Under the pieces are notes generated by a model. That model worked only from the letters and a program-made list of their open reading frames with translations, did no database searches and was not told the origin of the DNA. 64,000 nucleotides of DNA from Desulfatiglandales bacterium. Its GTDB lineage: Bacteria; Desulfobacterota; DSM-4660; Desulfatiglandales; Desulfatiglandaceae. Position 1 is the first letter of the stretch. Each line of letters opens with the position of its first letter. A program made the translations under genes and the position numbers. The DNA lies in the NCBI GenBank assembly GCA_963662465.1, contig OY759599.1, positions 7,552,001-7,616,000 of the forward strand. The letters run 5' to 3'. Of this stretch, positions 9,425 to 18,975 are shown in pieces.

Positions 9425-10774
9425 TCAGACAATCCCTTTGTTTTTCCATCTGCCGCTCAAATAGTACACATATGCCGTGGCGCCCGCCAGAACGTAGCTC
9501 ATCGCCAGGCCATACCAGATCCCTTCCAGCCCAAAGAAGTGCCTGAACACAAAAATGCCCGCCACCCGCCAGGCCCATATTCCCATCACCGCGATGATCA
9601 TGCCCGCGAAATTGGCCCCCACCCCGGAAAAAAAGCTGTCCAGAATATTCATCACAACGAGAAAGAAGAGGGGAATGGCGACGATCCGGAGAAGTTCCGC
9701 GCCGCAGGCAATGGTGGCATGGGCATCCGATGACAGAAAACAGAGCATAATGCCCCTTGGAAAGAGTAGCGACGCAACCACAATGACCGATGTATACAGC
9801 AGGCAGATCTTCAAGCCCTCGACCAACCCCTGCCTGACCCGGTCGACGCTGTGGGCCCCCATGTTCTGCCCCGCCACAACGGATACACCGGCCCCAATGG
9901 CCCACGAGACGTAAAGGACGAGGTTGGTCACCGACGTGACGGCCCCGTAAGCCGCCACGGGTCCGGCGCCATATTGATTCACGAACACCTGGACCACCAG
10001 GACCCCTGAACTCGTCGCGACATTCTTGCCCCCCGATGACATGCCGAGCCTCAGGATCTGTTTCGTCACCCCCCAATCCGGTCTGAAGATGTCCTTAAGG
10101 GATGTATGAAGCACATGCGCTTTTTTTTGATACAGATAGAGCGCCACCACAAATCCCACAAACAGGGAGATGAGATAAGAATAGGCGGCCCCCGTCACTT
10201 CCAGCCTGGGAAACGGAAAAATCCCCAACATCAGGAATGGATCCAGGGCAGCGTTCACGCAAACGCTGACCCCTGAATAGATCAACGGCGTCAGGGAATC
10301 CCCGATGGCAAAAAACATGAAACCCACCAGGACCTGGATGAACAGGAAGAGAAATCCGATGCTGGTGATGGAGAGGTAGGTATTCGTTAAAGTGAGAATC
10401 GCCTCCGGCGTGTGCATCAAGCGCAGAAGCCATTCTCCGAACAGGAAAATGGCCCCGGTGGCCAGGATGGCACAGGCCCCCAAAAGCAGAAACGCGCTAG
10501 ATGCCGCCTTTTTTAATTGCCCCGTTTTATGGGCGCCGAAGTACTGGGAGATGACCGTGCCGGTTCCGATGGTCAGGCCCATGGAAAACGAGGAAATGAC
10601 CACCAGGATCACGGCCGCAATGGACAGGGCGCCCAGGGCGCTGTCCCCCAGGAACTTCCCGGCCCAGATCCGGTTCAACGTGAGATTCACGAGCTGAAGG
10701 ACGTTGCTCACCAGGAGCGGCCAGGAAAACACCAGGATTTGCTTCCGAATGTTCCCGGCCGTGAGGTCTTTCAT
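9425..10774 (-). CDS. MATE family efflux transporter
   Basis: MKDLTAGNIRKQIL.FSWP, SQYFGA, GDS.TPL, GQNMGA; TGATG overlap with the upstream gene. Confidence 0.92.
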   Translation of the reverse strand: MKDLTAGNIRKQILVFSWPLLVSNVLQLVNLTLNRIWAGKFLGDSALGALSIAAVILVVISSFSMGLTIGTGTVISQYFGAHKTGQLKKAASSAFLLLGACAILATGAIFLFGEWLLRLMHTPEAILTLTNTYLSITSIGFLFLFIQVLVGFMFFAIGDSLTPLIYSGVSVCVNAALDPFLMLGIFPFPRLEVTGAAYSYLISLFVGFVVALYLYQKKAHVLHTSLKDIFRPDWGVTKQILRLGMSSGGKNVATSSGVLVVQVFVNQYGAGPVAAYGAVTSVTNLVLYVSWAIGAGVSVVAGQNMGAHSVDRVRQGLVEGLKICLLYTSVIVVASLLFPRGIMLCFLSSDAHATIACGAELLRIVAIPLFFLVVMNILDSFFSGVGANFAGMIIAVMGIWAWRVAGIFVFRHFFGLEGIWYGLAMSYVLAGATAYVYYLSGRWKNKGIV

Positions 10775-11733
10775 CAAAAAACCTCGTTGTTCTCTAGCTG
10801 TTCCCGATGGGCATCCACAAAATCTTCCATTTTCTGCCTGGATGGGAACGGACCCGTGTACTGGATGGCCATGTTGATGGAGAAGTTTTGGTGCCCCTTG
10901 GCTGGATCGATGACGCCGAAAAAGCGGGTCTGCCACAAATTGTATTTCCGGTGAAGGGCCAGGGCGCTTTCAAGAGCGGATGCTGCCACATCCGTCACCG
11001 CTTTGGTGTGGGGCCAGTGAAGGGAACACGCCTTTTTGTCCATGACGAAGGCGTTGTTGTTCAGGTACAGTCTGATCCCCAAATCAGTGTCCTCCCCGCC
11101 CCAGTGTTTATAGTCCTCATCGAATCCGCCGACCTTCAGGGCTTCAGCCTTTTCCAGGGATACATGGCAGGTCCAGAAGATCTCGAAGGGCGCGGGCCAG
11201 GTGTGGAGCTTTTCCCCCAGGAGATCATATTGATACTGCCGGATATCGAACATCTTTTGATCCTGAAAAAACCGAATACAGCCATCGGCATCTTGTGAAT
11301 CCAGTTGGCGAATGACGGGCTCAACCCGTTCGTTGGGGACATCGAAGCCGTAAACATATCCGATCATGACACAGGGAGAGGTGGATTGTTCGTGGACGGC
11401 CATATGCCTTTCAAGTGCGCCTGATGCCAGGAGCAGCCCCGTGTCCAGGAGCACCAGATATTTCCCTTCCGCAATACTCATGCCGATATTGCGCACCCGG
11501 CTGAGCCTGAAGCCCTTGTGTTCCTGCCGATAGTACCGGATGTGGAGGCGATCGCCAAAGCGGCCCACGACTTCCCCTGTTTCGTCCGTGCTGCCGTCAT
11601 CCACGATGACCACTTCAAAGCGGTCGTTTTCAAGGGTTTGACGTACAAGGGATTCCAGTTGATAGGACAAAAGGACGGCGCGGTTATACGTGGGGATGAC
11701 GACACTGATCTCTTTTACTGGTTTCTCGCTCAT
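10774..11733 (-). CDS. GT2 glycosyltransferase (paralog 3)
   Basis: SVVIPTYNR, VDDGS, LLDTG, GGFDE...WGGEDTDL. Confidence 0.92.
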   Translation of the reverse strand: MSEKPVKEISVVIPTYNRAVLLSYQLESLVRQTLENDRFEVVIVDDGSTDETGEVVGRFGDRLHIRYYRQEHKGFRLSRVRNIGMSIAEGKYLVLLDTGLLLASGALERHMAVHEQSTSPCVMIGYVYGFDVPNERVEPVIRQLDSQDADGCIRFFQDQKMFDIRQYQYDLLGEKLHTWPAPFEIFWTCHVSLEKAEALKVGGFDEDYKHWGGEDTDLGIRLYLNNNAFVMDKKACSLHWPHTKAVTDVAASALESALALHRKYNLWQTRFFGVIDPAKGHQNFSINMAIQYTGPFPSRQKMEDFVDAHREQLENNEVF

Positions 11734-11766
11734 GTCTTCTGATAGCCCTTTTTCACCGAAATGTTT

Positions 11767-12453
11767 TCAATGGTCGTAAAGCCGCTTCACCACCTGGGCC
11801 GGATTGCCCACGGCAACACAATTCGGGGGAACCGACTCATGAACCACGGAGTTTGCGCTGACAACACTGTTGGCGCCGATTTCGACGCCCGCCAGGATGG
11901 TGGCGCCCATGCCGATCCACGCATTTTCCCGGATGGTCACGGGGTGGGCGTGGGTTCTGGCCACATCATCCTCCCGGCCCCTGTGAAGGAGCGGATGACC
12001 GTTGCTGTCCATGATGGTCACCATGGGGCCGAAGAGCGCATTTTTCTCAATGACGACCCGTTCATAGGCGACGATTGCGAGCCCCGCCAAATAGACATTT
12101 TCCCCAATTTCGATGGTCCCGGGGGATCCGTCATTGCACTTGACCAGCGTTAGCTTCACCGGCTGGTTGTGAAATGCGGGATTGAAGGTGGAATCCATGA
12201 ACACATTTTCCGCGATCCGGATCCTTCCTTCGAAATCACTCACATCAAGCGTTTGAATCTTGGCGTCTTCCTCGAAATTGTGCGAGTCCCTCTCCACCGT
12301 GTAGCAGATCCGGGGAATGCCTTCAATCCTGCAGCTCTCTGCCAAAAGGATGCCGTCTTTTCTCATGATGCCGGGCAGGGCTTCCGGCGTATAGCGATGA
12401 GCCTCTTCACAATCGGGACGACACACAAAATAGTTTTCAAAAATGGTCGGCAT
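11767..12453 (-). CDS. Hexapeptide-repeat (LbH) acyltransferase
   Basis: IRENAWIG, IGANSVVSANSVV, VAVGNPA. Confidence 0.88.
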   Translation of the reverse strand: MPTIFENYFVCRPDCEEAHRYTPEALPGIMRKDGILLAESCRIEGIPRICYTVERDSHNFEEDAKIQTLDVSDFEGRIRIAENVFMDSTFNPAFHNQPVKLTLVKCNDGSPGTIEIGENVYLAGLAIVAYERVVIEKNALFGPMVTIMDSNGHPLLHRGREDDVARTHAHPVTIRENAWIGMGATILAGVEIGANSVVSANSVVHESVPPNCVAVGNPAQVVKRLYDH

Positions 12454-12456
12454 GGG

Positions 12457-13383
12457 TCACTTCCAATTTCTGAATTTTTCAAGTCCTTCTTCGGTCTCAA
12501 CCGGCCCGATACACTTAATGGCCATGTTCAGGGAAAATTTCGCGTGCAGGTCATCCATTTCCATGTATTTGTAGAAGCTCGTCTGCCATAGCTTGTACCG
12601 CCGGTGAAGTTTCATGGCCGCTTTGGCGGATTTCTCCTTGACGTCGGCAACCTGCTTCTTGTGGGGCCAGTGAAACGAACAGATGTTCCGGTCGAAATAG
12701 AACACATGATTGTTCATGAAAAGCCTTATGGCCAGGTCCACGTCTTCCCCGCCCCAGCTGGAATAGCTGGGGTCGGACTCGCCTGAGCGGATGATTTCGT
12801 TCCTGGGGGCCGATACATGGCAGGTCCAGAAGATATCAAAGGGCGCGGGCCAGGCGTGAACATCCTCCCCCAGGGCCCGATATTGCGGTTCCCTCACATC
12901 AAAGGCTTCCTGCGCCTTTGCGACCTCGATACACCGATCCGTGTCCTCGGGATCTATTAAGGGCAGCAACCGGTCTACCTGTTCATCGGTGATCTCGAAG
13001 GCATGCACATATCCGATGACGACACAGGGAAAGCGGGACCGTTTATGCGCCTTCAAACGCAGTTCAAGTGCCTGGCTGGAGAGGAGAATCCCCGTATCGC
13101 AAAAGACCACTAATTCTCCCCAGGCCAGGGACACGCCGATATTACGGGCCTTTCCCACCGTGAAACCATGGTCTTCCTGGGACACGTACTTGATGTCGAG
13201 CCGGTCCTGAAAGCGTTCAACCACCTGACCGCTTTCGTCCTTCCCACCGTCATCCACCACAATGACCTCGAAGTGTTTCCGGGCCAGGGTCTGCCGGGCG
13301 AGGGATGTGAGGGTATACCCCAACAGCTCCGCCCGATTGTAGGTGGGCACCACCACACTGATTTTTTTAAAAAATCGACTCAT
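12457..13383 (-). CDS. GT2 glycosyltransferase (paralog 2)
   Basis: SVVVPTYNR, VDDGG, FCDTG, WGGEDVDL. Confidence 0.92.
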   Translation of the reverse strand: MSRFFKKISVVVPTYNRAELLGYTLTSLARQTLARKHFEVIVVDDGGKDESGQVVERFQDRLDIKYVSQEDHGFTVGKARNIGVSLAWGELVVFCDTGILLSSQALELRLKAHKRSRFPCVVIGYVHAFEITDEQVDRLLPLIDPEDTDRCIEVAKAQEAFDVREPQYRALGEDVHAWPAPFDIFWTCHVSAPRNEIIRSGESDPSYSSWGGEDVDLAIRLFMNNHVFYFDRNICSFHWPHKKQVADVKEKSAKAAMKLHRRYKLWQTSFYKYMEMDDLHAKFSLNMAIKCIGPVETEEGLEKFRNWK

Positions 13384-14357
13384 GCAAAATCTTCCAATTC
13401 AGAGAGAACCGTATCCCCTTTCTCGAACTTCTCCCGGTTCTTTAAAGAGAACGCTTCGAGTTGTTTTTCATCATACCCGGGTCCCGTGAAGTGAATCGCC
13501 ATGTTGAGCGAGAACAGGGGATGTCTTTTGGGTGATCCCAAAAACCGGTAGAAGGCCGTCTGCCACAGGTTGTATCGTTCATGGAGCGCCAGACCGCATT
13601 GGTAGGTTTCTTCTTTGATGTCGCTCACGGCTTTCGGGTGGGGCCAGTGAAAGGAGGTGATGGTGTTGTCGGTATAGAAGATGTTGTTCCGCAAAAAGAG
13701 CTTGATTCCCAGGTCCACATCCTCTCCGCCCCACCGGCTGGTTTCCGCATCGAAGCCGCCCGCCTTGATCACTTCCCGTTTGTCCACCGAAAGATGGCCC
13801 GACCAGAACACATCAAAAGGCGCGGCCCAGCAGTGAAGATCATTTCCCAGTACCCGGTACTGATACTGTCTGAAATCATAGGCTTCAAACTTTTTTGCCG
13901 CTTCGATACACGTGCGGACATCGGTGGAATCGGCATAGGGAAGAATCTTTTCCACCAGTTCATTGGGCGTGTCGAAGGCGTAGATGTTACCGATGACGGA
14001 ACAGGCATGGTGAGAATTTTCGTGAATGGTCAGGTGATTTTCGAGGCCTTCCGGAGAAAGCAGAATGCCGGTATCCAGAAACAGCACGTAAGGGCTCTCC
14101 GCGTGGGCGATGCCCATGTTCCTGGCCCGACCGGCCCGAAAGCCCATGTCTTTCTGCCGTAAATAAGCAATATCCAGATGGCTGTCGTAGGAAAGGGTCA
14201 CTTCTTTTGAATGGTCGCTGCCCCCGTCATCCACAACGATCACCTCAAAAGATTTTGCGGGCAATGTCTGCCGCACCAGGGAATCGAGCGTGTAGGAGAG
14301 GAGTTTTTCCCGGTTATAGGTCGGTATGACAACGGCGATTTTCTTTTCTGATGACAT
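13380..14357 (-). CDS. GT2 glycosyltransferase (paralog 1)
   Basis: AVVIPTYNR, VDDGG, FLDTG, WGGEDVDL; start at MSSEKK. Confidence 0.92.
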   Translation of the reverse strand: MSSEKKIAVVIPTYNREKLLSYTLDSLVRQTLPAKSFEVIVVDDGGSDHSKEVTLSYDSHLDIAYLRQKDMGFRAGRARNMGIAHAESPYVLFLDTGILLSPEGLENHLTIHENSHHACSVIGNIYAFDTPNELVEKILPYADSTDVRTCIEAAKKFEAYDFRQYQYRVLGNDLHCWAAPFDVFWSGHLSVDKREVIKAGGFDAETSRWGGEDVDLGIKLFLRNNIFYTDNTITSFHWPHPKAVSDIKEETYQCGLALHERYNLWQTAFYRFLGSPKRHPLFSLNMAIHFTGPGYDEKQLEAFSLKNREKFEKGDTVLSELEDFA

Positions 14358-14469
14358 GGTTTTATTTGGTATCCTTTTTGCTGTTACTCCCCGAAAAGGG
14401 TCGAATCCAGTGATCATCACATGTGATTTTGTGAAGGATCTTGGCCGGTGAACCCGCGGCCAGTACGCT

Positions 14470-16362
14470 TTTGCCATCAAAAACGTTAGAAAAATTTACG
14501 TTTTTTAACTTTCATGAAATCATTGCAAGCTCCTGAGTTAACAGCCCTAATCCTTTATTGAGGAGTGAGTAAGCAGCTTCAATTTGAGATGGTTGCTCGG
14601 CACCCTTGATAGGTTGCTTTTTGATAACCCCTGAAATCATTGGGTTTTTGAAATGGAGTTCAGAGCAAATTGAGAGCCATAGCCATTTCCAGCCTGTGTC
14701 CGTAACCCTATAGAATGACATGCTATTCTTCTTTTCGACAATTCCCCGGACCCTCAATTTGTTCATTTCATACCGGATTTGTGCAGGATTTCGAAAAGAT
14801 TGGGGGAGGCTGTTGAGAAGATCCACTGTTCTGAAGCCATATGCATGGTATTTTGGCTTTAGAAGCTCTTGGGCCAGGGCGGTCTGACGATCTTTTCTGA
14901 AGTCCGGTGGGGTCACGTTGTGGCCAAGATGATCTGAGACAGGCCTTTTGTAACGCTCCTCTTCGCCTTCTGAAATAGAGGCGATATCCACATCGGCACA
15001 GCATTCCAAGAATCGATCATTACATTCCACACCTTCCCAAAGATAGGCCTGTAGATAGAGGACAGGCTTTTTAAGCCCCAGCGATTTGGGGTTATTGATG
15101 GTGGTCTCGGTGCGGATGTAGTACCCGGTCTTATTGTACTGCTTGATGGAGTTGCCTCGGAACCAGTGTTTGATGCACGCATTATTGTCATATAGCCGCC
15201 AGAAGGTCTTGGATGTTGATCGGCGATGGAGCCGACGATTGAAAATCTGAGCAATGGTCTCGGGCAATCCGAGACGGTGGAATTTATCCAAGAGCCTTTC
15301 AAAGAGGCTGGTGCAAAAACGTGCGGAACGAAACACAATATTAGAAGAGACTTCGACCTGGCTTGAATACCAGTCGTGATAAAGAAATTTGGATCGTGTC
15401 GAATATTTTCCTTTGTCGAATTTGAAGAAAATATTCATCCAGTAGTTGATCCTGTTAAGTACAGCTCTGCCAGTGAGAGACGCAGCGGCTTTTTGAAGGG
15501 CCTCTGGATTTTCAACGTCAACAAATGCGTTTTCGTTTAGCCTGTATTTGATGCCTTGTTTATCGAGCTGGAGTTGAATGGCATTGTGGCCGTTGAAATA
15601 GAATTCTGCACGAAAAGGAAGGTAGGAAGAGATTTTGAGGTAGCAGAGACCACCGAGAAGGGCATCGTGCAAGTAGATGTAATACTGCTTCACCGGCTTT
15701 CTGCAGTCATAGATTCGTTCATAGGGCTTTCCGGCTTTTGAAGTGAGTTGCCTGCAGGCAAATGTTCTAACTGGTTCTTTGTCCGTAAGGATGCAAAACA
15801 CATGGTTCCCTTTTCCTGTAAAGGCCTTGGCGTATTTTTGTTCCACGAATTTTGACTTTGCGCCGTCAGTGCCACCCCCTTCAGAGGGCCACCAGTGAAT
15901 GGGGATATTGTTGTTCCGGGCTACCTTTTGAATATGACCATTGAGTTGGTCGGTTAGAATCCTCATTACACCGTTTGACAACCCTTTGAATCCGAGAGCC
16001 CTGAGGAGCCTGACAATGCCTGCTGGAGAAAAGAGGGAGAGAATGTAGCCTCGAATAATAACCCGATCGAAGCAGAAATATTTGAACTTGATATTTTCTG
16101 AGAATTGATTCAAAAATGAATTCTTCATGGGTGTATCCTCCGGTGAGGGAATGTTAGCTAAACAATCCATACCGGATCACCCATGAAATTTCAAATCAAA
16201 GAATGGGATTTTAGGCAGGGGGTTAAGAGACTTCAGGATGGTCAGATGACGCCAAAAGCTTCATCAACTTTAATATCCGGGATTTGCCCCGGCCAAAAAT
16301 ATAACCATCATGTCATTAGCCCCCTGCCTACAGCCCTTTTCGGAACTTTAGTTTGGTAACTT
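14470..16362 (-). mobile_element. 1.9-kb insertion element without terminal inverted repeats
   Basis: Removing it exactly restores the acyltransferase frame at this point. Single ORF, visibly lower GC than its flanks, subterminal hairpins. Confidence 0.85.
14512..16128 (-). CDS. Putative transposase of uncharacterised family (538 aa, C-terminal winged helix)
   Basis: Only long ORF of the element. Motifs CFDRVIIRGY, FYFNGH, IKQYNK..IRTETTINNP, RYEMNKLR..GIVEK..YRVT; SD GGAGG. Confidence 0.7.
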   Translation of the reverse strand: MKNSFLNQFSENIKFKYFCFDRVIIRGYILSLFSPAGIVRLLRALGFKGLSNGVMRILTDQLNGHIQKVARNNNIPIHWWPSEGGGTDGAKSKFVEQKYAKAFTGKGNHVFCILTDKEPVRTFACRQLTSKAGKPYERIYDCRKPVKQYYIYLHDALLGGLCYLKISSYLPFRAEFYFNGHNAIQLQLDKQGIKYRLNENAFVDVENPEALQKAAASLTGRAVLNRINYWMNIFFKFDKGKYSTRSKFLYHDWYSSQVEVSSNIVFRSARFCTSLFERLLDKFHRLGLPETIAQIFNRRLHRRSTSKTFWRLYDNNACIKHWFRGNSIKQYNKTGYYIRTETTINNPKSLGLKKPVLYLQAYLWEGVECNDRFLECCADVDIASISEGEEERYKRPVSDHLGHNVTPPDFRKDRQTALAQELLKPKYHAYGFRTVDLLNSLPQSFRNPAQIRYEMNKLRVRGIVEKKNSMSFYRVTDTGWKWLWLSICSELHFKNPMISGVIKKQPIKGAEQPSQIEAAYSLLNKGLGLLTQELAMIS

Positions 16363-16880
16363 TTCGGGAATATCGTGGGTGACAAGTGAACCCGCGCCGA
16401 TCACCGAATGATCCCCGATGGTGACGCCCGGCGCGATCATGGCCTGGGAGGCAATCCAGACGTTGTTTCCGATTCGAATGGGCCCCACATGCGTCGCCCC
16501 CCCCCTGCTCCACCGGATGGAACGCGGTGTCCAGAATGGTCACCCAGTCTCCAATGGCGCAGTGCCGGCCGATTTCGATGGATTCCACGGCACAGATGTT
16601 GGCGCCGTCATTCAGGGCCGTGCAGTCACCAATGGACAGAATCGCATCAGGGTTGAAAACCGTGATGTGGCTTCGGACTCTCACCCCCATGAAATTGACG
16701 TCCCTGCCGAGTTTTAGTTTTCCATTGAGTTCGAAGATGGGAAAGAGTCCCGAAAAGGTGGGACGATTCACATACTCGACGTCACACCGGTAAAACTTTC
16801 GTCGTTTATATGCGTGCTCTAACAGAGAAATGAGATGGATCACCACTTCCTCCCATGTTCAACCCGGGAAACCGGAGCAT

Positions 16881-17792
16881 TCAGCGCAGCACGTCCTGAT
16901 ATTTGCGGATCAGATCGTAGCGGTGCCTGTAATATTCATGTTCCAGAATCATTTGATAAAAATACGTGCGCTCATCCCCTAACTTGATGGAATCATGGGG
17001 CCTCAAAGCCATGCCGACAAAATAGTTAATGCTGAAAATTCCCCGGCACGATTCGGAATCGCTTTTCAGCTCGTGGGCGGCAAACTGTCGTTTTTTTTCG
17101 GCGGTGTAATTGGAGGGGACTCGCGCCAGGGCGATGGAATAGCCGCTGCCGTAGACACGCCGAAAAATATGAATGGCACGAATGGCATGAAAATCAGACG
17201 TGACCAACATCAGTTTTCCCGAGGGCGCCAACAGCTTTTTTTGCCTTAGTTTCAATTTTGAAAGCACCGCATTGCCCACGGTATCAATGGAATCATCCTC
17301 AATGACAACCCTCTCGGGGGTCAGGCCAAGGTCATCTTGCGATTGCAGAAACGCCAACATCTGTTCCGACTCCGTCTGTTGACACATGAATCCCCCGCCG
17401 CACAGAATGATAATCGCTTTGGGGCGGTTACGGATGAACCGCACGGCATGACGCGCCCGATCCAGCAAAATTTCCATATGTTTGGAGGCCAGCACAAAGA
17501 TGTAGTCCGCATGGTAGAGTACGTCTGAATCGCCGATGACGTCATTGTCTTCAAAATAGGTCAAATAAAAATCGAGGATCTCCTCCCGTTTCCGATCCAA
17601 CTTCCGGATGACATCCGTGAACAGTTCGGGTTCAACATGAATCGGAATCAGCCGGTGCAGCCATGCCAGTACCGACTCAAGCACCTGATAATGTTCGTCG
17701 AGCGCTCCGTTCGGCAGCCAGTTGGGATATTCATTCGGATCCAGCCGCTCACAAAACGCCATCAAATCATCGATTAATCTGTTGTAACTCAT
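16881..17792 (-). CDS. YdcF/ElyC (DUF218) family protein
   Basis: IILCGG, ESEQM, EDDSIDTVGNA, LVTSDFHAIRA. Confidence 0.8.
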   Translation of the reverse strand: MSYNRLIDDLMAFCERLDPNEYPNWLPNGALDEHYQVLESVLAWLHRLIPIHVEPELFTDVIRKLDRKREEILDFYLTYFEDNDVIGDSDVLYHADYIFVLASKHMEILLDRARHAVRFIRNRPKAIIILCGGGFMCQQTESEQMLAFLQSQDDLGLTPERVVIEDDSIDTVGNAVLSKLKLRQKKLLAPSGKLMLVTSDFHAIRAIHIFRRVYGSGYSIALARVPSNYTAEKKRQFAAHELKSDSESCRGIFSINYFVGMALRPHDSIKLGDERTYFYQMILEHEYYRHRYDLIRKYQDVLR

Positions 17793-18116
17793 GGATCACT
17801 CTCATCCATAGGGGCGCGCTATTGCGATTTCGACAAAAAAACCAATCGATCAACAGCATAGAGACCTTGTGGTATGCCTCAGCTACAGCCGGCACTACGA
17901 ATTCAGATCGCCGTTCGTAAGGTTTCAATATCTTGCATGATTTCTCACCAACCTCTAAAAAATTTAGCACACCATAATTTTTTATGCACACCAAAATTTA
18001 AAAGGAAACCTCTAAATTCTGTCTTGAATAAGATTGGATCATATTCTATTGACTCTCCCTAAAAAAGTGTTATCATAATCCTTAAATTAACATTATGATT
18101 AATGTGGAGACAGCAA

Positions 18117-18362
18117 ATGGTACGCACGCAGATTCAACTTACGGAAGAGCAGGCCCGTTTGCTGAGGGAAATTTCCCGTACGGGCCGGGAGTCCATGGCC
18201 GCTTTGATTCGCAGGGCCGTGGATCAATTTCTCATGACCCGAAAGCCGGATTGTATGGCCCTTTATCGGCAGGCTGGGGCGGTTATGGGGAAGTACGAGG
18301 CAGGGGTTGGGGATATCTCCCAGGAACATGACCGTTATCTTGACGAGGCCTTTAGACAATGA
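18117..18362 (+). CDS. vapB: CopG/RHH antitoxin (VapB-like)
   Basis: MVRTQIQLTEEQ, SMAALIRRAV, D.SQEHDRYL; overlaps the PIN gene. Confidence 0.82.
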   Translation: MVRTQIQLTEEQARLLREISRTGRESMAALIRRAVDQFLMTRKPDCMALYRQAGAVMGKYEAGVGDISQEHDRYLDEAFRQ

Positions 18363-18778
18363 TTGTTTTTGCGGACACGTCGGCACTTTTTGCGCTCCTG
18401 GTCCGTGACGACTTCATGCACGTTCGTGCGAAGGAAAACTTCGGGTATTTTTCCGATCACCGGACCCAGCTCCTGACCAGTTCTTTTGTGTTGGTAGAAA
18501 CAGTCGCTCTCCTCCAGCGGCGTGTAGGACTGGATTCCGTTCGCGACTTCAACGCAAAGATCCTGCCTCTTCTGGAGGTCATATGGGTGGACGCCGACTG
18601 GCAAAATAGGGCCATGCAACGTCTCTTAACCCAAAACAGAAAAAATCTGAGTCTCGTAGACTGTATGAGTTTTGAAATTATGGAGGCGCGAGAAATAGCC
18701 GAGGCTTTCACCTTTGACCGGCATTTTGAGGAAAACGGCTTCCAGATCGCTGATTATCATGGGGGAAACTCTCAGTAA
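18359..18778 (+). CDS. vapC: PIN-domain toxin (VapC-like)
   Basis: FADTSA, VLVET, SLVDCMSF, TFDRHF. Confidence 0.9.
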   Translation: MIVFADTSALFALLVRDDFMHVRAKENFGYFSDHRTQLLTSSFVLVETVALLQRRVGLDSVRDFNAKILPLLEVIWVDADWQNRAMQRLLTQNRKNLSLVDCMSFEIMEAREIAEAFTFDRHFEENGFQIADYHGGNSQ

Positions 18779-18975
18779 ACCCACCCCGGATACCCTAAAC
18801 ACAGAATGTTGGCCATTGCAGTGAAAGTGAAATATAAAGCTTGTCCCTATGCTTCAGTGTGGGCATGACTGTTTCGGAAAGGTTTTTTGCTTTGCATTTC
18901 TTCGAGATCATTTCTATGGCGGCAACTGAATCCAGGCTTGAAACCGGAAGGTTATCCGTTATTCGGCGTCAAACG

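Larger units (their letters stand above)
14362..16846 (-). pseudogene. LbH acyltransferase split by an insertion element and frameshifted in a G9 tract
   Basis: ...IGNNVWI...IGAGSLVTHDIPE (ends 16363) continues as SVLAAGSPAKILHK...* at 14469-14362. Confidence 0.88.

Noticed and set aside
10775..10936. N-terminal extension of the MATE ORF in the track
   Set aside because: It overlaps the upstream GT; the true start is the TGATG-coupled ATG at 10774.
14358..14480. N-terminal extension of the GT ORF 13380-14480
   Set aside because: This region is the displaced acyltransferase C-terminus (another frame) plus the IS end.
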